NCBI GenBank assembly: GCA_017481725.1
Contig: JAFUOX010000055.1
Coordinates: forward strand, 7,443 to 71,442
Direction of reading: 5' to 3'
Source of the DNA: Kiritimatiellia bacterium
Lineage (GTDB): Bacteria > Verrucomicrobiota > Kiritimatiellia > RFP12 > UBA3636
Length of the DNA stretch: 64,000 bases
Each line of letters opens with the position of its first letter. Within the stretch, counting starts at the first letter, position 1. Shown here one piece after another: positions 58,260-64,000 of this stretch. The notes beneath the pieces are model-generated. The model was not told the DNA's origin. It searched no databases and worked only from the letters and a program-made list of their open reading frames with translations. A program made the position numbers and the translations under genes.

Positions 58260-59987
58260 ATGAAGTATACAATACAGGAAAATGTTCAAATAGTTGTTGC
58301 TCTTTTAAAAAAATATTTTATACGGCATATTGTTATTAGTCCAGGAGGAACTAATATCCCTTTTGTTCAAGCTGTTCAAGATGATTCCTTTTTTAAATGT
58401 TATTCCGTTGTTGATGAAAGAAGTGCAATGTATTTTGCAATCGGTTTATATTTAGAAACTGGTGAAGTTGTTGCAACATCTTGCACAAGTGCACAAGCTA
58501 CTAGAAATTATATACCAGGTTTAACAGAAGCTTTTTATAAACATGTGCCGATAGTTGCAATTACTACATCAAAACTAGAATGTTTTCTATATCAAGAATA
58601 TATGCAAGCTCCAGAACAATGTTCTCTGCCTTGCGATTGTGTGAAAAAATCTTTTGATTTACCACCTGTAGTAGATGATAATACTCGTATGCTTTGCATT
58701 TCTAGAACACGAAATGCTTTACTTGAGCTTAATCATAATGTTCCTGGTCCAATACAGTTAAATCTTAGAATCGCAGATAACCAACAAGGAAAATATTTAG
58801 AAATTGATTTGCCTGAAATAGAAAAAGTAAATCGCTATATGTGTTGGGATAAATGGGATACAGAAAATCTTGATAAAGCAAAAATCCTTATAGTAATAGG
58901 AGAGCATAGGGTGTTTTCTCAGAAAGAGCAGGAATCACTAGAGGCTTTTTGTGAATGTTATAATGCTGTAGTTTATTCAAATCATTTATCAAATTTTTCA
59001 GGAAAGTATTCTATAAAAGGTAATTTATTGTTAGAATGTGGGTATATCTCTATTCTTGATCCTGATATAGTAATAACGATTGGTGGTCAAACAGGAGATT
59101 ATCCTTTGTTTTTTGCTCTTAATTCTAGGAAGAATTTTAAACATTGGCGGGTTTCTGAAGGTGGAGAATACGTTGATACATATGGAAAGTTAAATAAAAT
59201 TTTTGAATGTCCTACTGAATTTTTCTTTAATCGTTTAAAACAAAGTAAATCAATATGTAATCATACATATTATCAAGAATGGATTCATGCACAAAATAGA
59301 CTAGATAAAACTATAGAATTACCATTTTCTAATTTATGGGTTGCACAAAATCTTAGTAAAAGAATACCCAAGAATAGTATTATGAATTTTGCAATTTTAA
59401 ATAGTTTACGATGTTGGAATTATTTTGATTTACCTTCTAATGTTAAATGTTTTTCAAATGTTGCAGCATTTGGTATTGATGGTTGTAATTCAATGCTGTT
59501 TGGAGAAAGTGTTTTAACTAAAGAGTTGTGTTTTATAGTTACTGGTGATTTAGCATTTTTTTATGATATGAATGTATTAGGAATCCGTAATATAAATAAC
59601 AATATTCGAATTTTGTTGATAAATAATAATGGTGGTGCAGAATTTAGGTATATGACACGGAATTGGATTGATAAGTTTGATGTAGATAATTTTGTTGCCG
59701 CTATGGGGCATAATGGAATCGCAAAGGGGTGGTCACAAGATTGTAATTTTGAATATTTGACAGCGAAAACAAAAGAGGAATTTATTGAAAATTCAAAAAA
59801 ATTTGTTGGATATAATCCAAAACCTATTATATTTGAGGTGTTTACAGATTCAAATATTGAAGTTGAGGCTTTAAATCTTTTTTTGTCACATAATTCTTTG
59901 CATAAAAATACAGCGCATATAAAAAAAATAATAAAAAAAGTTATTGGTCAAAAAAAAATTGAATTAGTTAAAAAAATCATTAGATAG
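58260..59987 (+). CDS. menD: MenD-like ThDP-dependent enzyme in polysaccharide locus
   Basis: ISPG, VDERSA.YFA.G, CTSA.A..NY.P...EA, GPIQLN, FGIDG, GDLAFFYD...NNNGG. Family clear, role probably not menaquinone synthesis. Confidence 0.8.
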   Translation: MKYTIQENVQIVVALLKKYFIRHIVISPGGTNIPFVQAVQDDSFFKCYSVVDERSAMYFAIGLYLETGEVVATSCTSAQATRNYIPGLTEAFYKHVPIVAITTSKLECFLYQEYMQAPEQCSLPCDCVKKSFDLPPVVDDNTRMLCISRTRNALLELNHNVPGPIQLNLRIADNQQGKYLEIDLPEIEKVNRYMCWDKWDTENLDKAKILIVIGEHRVFSQKEQESLEAFCECYNAVVYSNHLSNFSGKYSIKGNLLLECGYISILDPDIVITIGGQTGDYPLFFALNSRKNFKHWRVSEGGEYVDTYGKLNKIFECPTEFFFNRLKQSKSICNHTYYQEWIHAQNRLDKTIELPFSNLWVAQNLSKRIPKNSIMNFAILNSLRCWNYFDLPSNVKCFSNVAAFGIDGCNSMLFGESVLTKELCFIVTGDLAFFYDMNVLGIRNINNNIRILLINNNGGAEFRYMTRNWIDKFDVDNFVAAMGHNGIAKGWSQDCNFEYLTAKTKEEFIENSKKFVGYNPKPIIFEVFTDSNIEVEALNLFLSHNSLHKNTAHIKKIIKKVIGQKKIELVKKIIR

Positions 59988-60350
59988 TTTTATCATTTTT
60001 TAGATTGTTTTTTGTAAATCTTAAGCTCTGCAGTTTGTTTCGTAATTTTAAATACGCAATTCAAGAGTTATGAATCACTTTGTATTAAGTGCACTGATTG
60101 TATTATATATATGCAAATGAGAGTACATTGTCTCAATAATTTGATATAATAAAATATTACTAAAATCACATAAAATAAGTTTTTTATTATTGGAAAAATA
60201 TATCATTTTTATTCCAGTAATGATTTATAAATAAACTGTATTTTTAAATTATATTGGTTTCCTTTTTTAACTTATAAAATTCGTTTAAAATTTTATTTGT
60301 TATTATAAAGGCTTCTTTTATTTATTAGAATTAATGAGTAATCTATTTTG

Positions 60351-61892
60351 CTATTTTTTTAATATACATTTTAATTTGTATATAATATTTTCAGATCTAA
60401 ATTTTTTGTACCATAATATGATAGAAACTATTACTATTGAGAAATTTGTAATTAAAGAAATTAAGAATCCGGTAATTGACTTAAATATATCTATAGAATT
60501 TAATAATGCACAAATAGATAGTAATAAAAGGATTAGCGATGTAATAGGAATTAATAACTGATATAAAAATATTGATAATTTTATTTTGAACATTTTTTTA
60601 ACTATAATTATTCTTAAAGCGGAGGTTAGAACGTGAGAAAAAATCAAAATTATTCCTAAAGAAAGAAAATGGTTTATTTCTAGTTTTAATAATACAATTA
60701 ATAAAATTAGTGAAAATAATATTATTAGGCATAATATTTTTTGGTATTTTTTTATTTTACCAGAAGCATGTATCAATATCATATATCCGTTTGTGGAGTA
60801 TAGTATCAAGGATTTAAGTGTAAATATGAAAATAATTAGAGGTAGACCTTGAGGAGGCTTGTCTAACCATAAATCTATTACATCGGTACACCATATCCAT
60901 AATGATGTTAGTACACCTCCGAGAACAGCAGAAGAAATAAAACATGATGAAATAGCTAAGGACTTAGAATGTTCAACGTTGTTAGAACCTAATCTAGTTG
61001 TTATTTCAGGAGAAATAGCTGAAGAAAATGCTTCTGCTATTGTGTTGATTTTAGTTGATAAATGGATACTAAGATTTAAGAGTGCATTGATTGATATTCC
61101 AACAAATGAGTTCATTATTATATTTATTAACGGATTGAACAATGTAGCTGCAACAATGCCAAACATGGAATAAAGTGTGTATGAGAACATTTCTTTAATT
61201 TTTTTTGTATTTACTAATTCTTTCAGAACTATTCGGCAATCTGTAAAAGAATAGATAGCAAGTAGCGACATTGTTATAGAAATTATGGACATTATACTTG
61301 CAGTTAGAATTGAGTGCATAATAAGTTTGTCGCCGGAGTATTTTAAAATAAACCAGGCTGCTAGTCCTAGAAGCAAAGATTGTATTACATATGAAATGTT
61401 TCTTACAAAAATTAGTTGTTTTGCTGTGTAAATGGCATGAAAAGGTATATTGAGAATAGAAAAAAACATTGCAATAATTGAAATCCTAAAAATAATTATT
61501 GAAGAAGATAAAAAATTATTAGGTATGTTTAGAGTGTTGTTGATTATGTATATGCCTATTGGATATAAAGTTAAGCATAAAATAAATGCCATAATTAAAT
61601 GAATAAAAAAAGCACAATTAAACCATTCTCGTAATTCGTTTTTTTCGTTTGTATATGAATTCGTTTTTGCCTTTCCAATTGCATATGCAAAAAAACGAGT
61701 ACAACTTGTAGTCATTAGACCATTAAAAATTCCAACAAAAGAAATTACTGAACCAACAACACAAAAAACACCATATTGTGTTTCTCCAAGAGCAGAAAGC
61801 ACCCACCGTATTGTAAAAAAACCAATAATTATTGAAAGAAAATTTTGCACCCAAGTAGCAAATACATTTCCAGCTATACGTTTTGTAGACAT
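60351..61892 (-). CDS. wzx: Wzx-type polysaccharide flippase (MOP superfamily)
   Basis: KRIAGN, LGETQYG..CVVGS, RFFAYAIG, about 12-14 TM helices. Confidence 0.82.
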   Translation of the reverse strand: MSTKRIAGNVFATWVQNFLSIIIGFFTIRWVLSALGETQYGVFCVVGSVISFVGIFNGLMTTSCTRFFAYAIGKAKTNSYTNEKNELREWFNCAFFIHLIMAFILCLTLYPIGIYIINNTLNIPNNFLSSSIIIFRISIIAMFFSILNIPFHAIYTAKQLIFVRNISYVIQSLLLGLAAWFILKYSGDKLIMHSILTASIMSIISITMSLLAIYSFTDCRIVLKELVNTKKIKEMFSYTLYSMFGIVAATLFNPLINIIMNSFVGISINALLNLSIHLSTKINTIAEAFSSAISPEITTRLGSNNVEHSKSLAISSCFISSAVLGGVLTSLWIWCTDVIDLWLDKPPQGLPLIIFIFTLKSLILYSTNGYMILIHASGKIKKYQKILCLIILFSLILLIVLLKLEINHFLSLGIILIFSHVLTSALRIIIVKKMFKIKLSIFLYQLLIPITSLILLLLSICALLNSIDIFKSITGFLISLITNFSIVIVSIILWYKKFRSENIIYKLKCILKK

Positions 61893-61921
61893 TGTTTAAA
61901 AAGAAAATTAGCCTATTGGTT

Positions 61922-61955
61922 CGCGTGACTTAAAAAAATACGCGTGACTTAAAAA
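61922..61955. repeat. 15-bp tandem direct repeat upstream of wzx
   Basis: CGCGTGACTTAAAAA at 61922 and 61941. Confidence 0.7.
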
Positions 61956-62040
61956 TTTAATTTATTTTACTTTTTATCTCAGACATTAAAACATTTTATT
62001 TGTTCAATTGTCAAGGTTAAATTAATCATGAAATTTGCGA

Positions 62041-62097
62041 GGTGAAAAGACAAACTAAATGCAATGACTTATAAAACTGGGTGTTGAATTTGCTTTG
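62041..62097 (+). repeat. Long-form palindromic repeat, copy 2
   Basis: GGTGAAAAGACAAACTAAATGCAAT-17-GTTGAATTTGCTTTG. Confidence 0.85.
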
Positions 62098-62322
62098 GCC
62101 AGTAATCATAATAAATTAAAGCACAAAGGCTCACAAAATCACGAAAAGGAATTGAAGAAAGTGTCGAGTATCTAATAAACCAATTCGACCAACCTAACAC
62201 TATTGTTTCTCTTTTCTGCGTTGCTCTTAGTTTGCCAACTAGGGCAAAGACACAGTATTAAATACAATATCTCAATTTTCTAATTCGAAGTAAAATTATA
62301 TTAGTGAAAATGGTATAACAAA

Positions 62323-63222
62323 CTAATTTCCACTAATAAAGGTGCCTACACCCATTTGGTTTTCAACTATTTTGTGAAGATTAGGGGATTGGCTAAATGT
62401 ATGCATACATGCATGGTGAACTGTTAGCACTAAATCTTGCAATTTTTGGTCTTTTTCAAGCATATTTATTTTTAAACCCATTTCTATTGCTTGAACACTA
62501 TCTATATGACGATCGTGAGCTTTTGTGTCTCGATGATTGTTTAATGCATTTACAATTTTTCTTGCTTCGGCTTCAGCGTTTTTGCTTTGGTAGAACATTC
62601 CTGAAATTAACCATTCTTTGACCAATGTTTGAGACAAATCTACTGCCTGTTGACAATTTACTAAAAAACCAGGGGGAATTTTTGCAAATATTGATTGCCA
62701 AAGCGGAGTTGATGCAGGGTTTTTAGCAATTTCCGAAGTAGCTTTTTTAAATTCATCGATAACTGCAAGCGCAGCCATTGACCCAAACTGGGGATCAATT
62801 GGACCAATACTAGATTGTTTACCCATAAAAATTTCTTTACTTGCACAAGCAATCATTGTTCCTCCAGACATAGCCAATTGCGGGATAAAACATCGTATGT
62901 CTCGATCAAATTTTTTACGTAAATAAGAAACAATAGCCTCGGTTGCCGATGTAACACCCCCAGGTGTATGCAAAATCAAATCAAGTCCTAGAGAGGTGTC
63001 CATGTTATTGACGGCTGCCATAAAACAATTTATATCACCATCATAAATCATTGACTGTATTGGAGAGTCTCCACGCTGTAACCATCCAGAATAGTATAAA
63101 ATTATATTTCGTTTGGTGTATTTATGTAACTCTTTTGTATATTTACGGCGAACTAAATCAACAGGACCAGGTTGTTGCCCCACAATTTGTATCTCGTTTA
63201 AAACATCACCCCAATTAGGCAT
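62323..63222 (-). CDS. SDH_sah family ClpP/S49-class serine protease
   Basis: RNIILYYSGWL, LDLILHTPGG, AMSGGT, GPIDPQ, H in AHDRHI. Confidence 0.88.
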   Translation of the reverse strand: MPNWGDVLNEIQIVGQQPGPVDLVRRKYTKELHKYTKRNIILYYSGWLQRGDSPIQSMIYDGDINCFMAAVNNMDTSLGLDLILHTPGGVTSATEAIVSYLRKKFDRDIRCFIPQLAMSGGTMIACASKEIFMGKQSSIGPIDPQFGSMAALAVIDEFKKATSEIAKNPASTPLWQSIFAKIPPGFLVNCQQAVDLSQTLVKEWLISGMFYQSKNAEAEARKIVNALNNHRDTKAHDRHIDSVQAIEMGLKINMLEKDQKLQDLVLTVHHACMHTFSQSPNLHKIVENQMGVGTFISGN

Positions 63223-63225
63223 AAT

Positions 63226-63414
63226 TCATACTCCTGAATTTGTGCTTTCTGATATTTCTATTTTATTAATAAATTTGAATTCACAAGGGAATGGACATAT
63301 TTGAGTATTAGAATATGGTTGAAGTTTTTTATAGAACTCCAAAACTCTATCTTTTGTTATCCGTTTCGACTGTGAGGATTTTTTTTGTTGTTGAGATGTT
63401 TTTTTAGCACCCAT
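63226..63414 (-). CDS. Small basic hypothetical protein cotranscribed with the protease
   Basis: GGAGAG RBS, upstream TTGACA promoter, stop 3 nt before the protease ATG. Confidence 0.55.
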   Translation of the reverse strand: MGAKKTSQQQKKSSQSKRITKDRVLEFYKKLQPYSNTQICPFPCEFKFINKIEISESTNSGV

Positions 63415-63488
63415 GATAAACTCTCCATATGTTTATTAAGATAATATATCATAAATGCTCCAATTGTCAACACGGAAAAATTATAGTA

Positions 63489-63543
63489 TGAAAAGGCAAA
63501 CTAAACGCAACTTTCTTTTTAAGCTAGGTGTTGCATTTACTTT
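63489..63543 (+). repeat. Long-form palindromic repeat, copy 3
   Basis: TGAAAAGGCAAACTAAACGCAAC-18-GTTGCATTTACTTT. Confidence 0.85.
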
Positions 63544-63795
63544 ATCTAGTAACAGTGTAAAAAACACAGATGTTTTCCATAAAAAGGAAATGTCCAACAA
63601 ATGACCAAAAATAATGAGAAAAGCAATGGAAACAATGTCTTATTATGATATAAATGAATGAAAATTGTATGTTTATTTATTAAAAATGCAGTTTGAAATG
63701 TCCAATTTATGTTCAATAATAAGGGGTTGTTAAGGTAATAATGAGATGTTATAGGGGGCAACCCATGGGCTTGTGTGATGGCTAGAAGTGCGAGG

Positions 63796-64000
63796 TGAGA
63801 CGATAGACGATTGAACGACGTTAGACGTGAGACAACCACTGTAGACGATAGACACTGAGACGTTGAACGGACAATCAGACGATAGACGATTAGACTTCGC
63901 CTCGCGTTGACACGCGACACACAGTGTGTGCTTTTCTCGCGTTGACACGCATCCTTGGACATGAGACATGAGACGTGGGTCGTGAGACAAGGACAATAGA
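63796..64000. repeat. Degenerate heptamer array (about TGAGACR/ATAGACR) with embedded hairpins, running to the window end
   Basis: TGAGACG ATAGACG ... TTAGACG TGAGACA ... TGAGACA TGAGACG. CTCGCGTTGACACGC occurs twice (63901, 63936). Confidence 0.8.

Noticed and set aside
58260-59987. Menaquinone biosynthesis operon
   Set aside because: No other men genes nearby, and the context is purely polysaccharide.
45692-63543. Long-form palindromes as integron attC sites
   Set aside because: AAC and GTT are only 17-18 bp apart, there are no L boxes or extrahelical bases, orientation relative to genes is inconsistent, and no intI is visible.
63546-63996. Minus-strand ORFs of 138 and 88 aa
   Set aside because: They are translations of the heptamer repeat and AT-rich spacer (Ser/Arg/Val-biased) with no protein-like features.
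1-64000. tRNA, rRNA or ops/JUMPstart elements
   Set aside because: No cloverleaf/T-loop context, rRNA-like sequence or GGCGGTAG-type element was recognised by eye.

Overview
An AT-rich bacterial chromosome segment, probably from an anaerobic PVC-superphylum organism (Kiritimatiellae/Lentisphaerae-like). This is inferred from the RpiB-GlyA fusion, the short-B V-ATPase, hydF, a PPi-type PFK and the REP type. Positions 1-42.8 kb are an almost entirely plus-strand run of housekeeping genes in visibly fragmented operons: malic enzyme, argS, a CoA-transferase, GTs, ACT/DUF711, clpC-DUF58, a small cytoplasmic hydrolase cluster, rsmE, V-ATPase BDIK, ThiI-like, mntP, hydF, dapF, pfp, GT2-GT2 with a B12 radical SAM enzyme, PTS EIIA, maa, rpiB-glyA, tyrS, panD, ParB-like and tcdA. 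A RAYT transposase flanked by REP doublets marks the boundary to a much more AT-rich surface-polysaccharide island (44-62 kb). The island carries GTs (one with an internal TGA), an acyltransferase, Wzy/Wzx, an APH-kinase/TMK-like/NTase-like trio and a pyruvyltransferase-SDR-MenD-like trio. The most unusual signal is a family of TAAATGCA(A/C)C...G(T/G)TGCATTTA palindromic repeats (5 copies). Two copies form a perfect 24-bp inverted repeat around 16.3 kb of the glycan locus, two in direct orientation bracket a small-ORF plus SDH-protease module, and two lie inside a DUF2971 module that has its own 24-bp direct repeats. The window ends in a degenerate heptamer array. No rRNA, tRNA or CRISPR array was recognised. 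All family assignments come from motif recognition by eye, not database searches.
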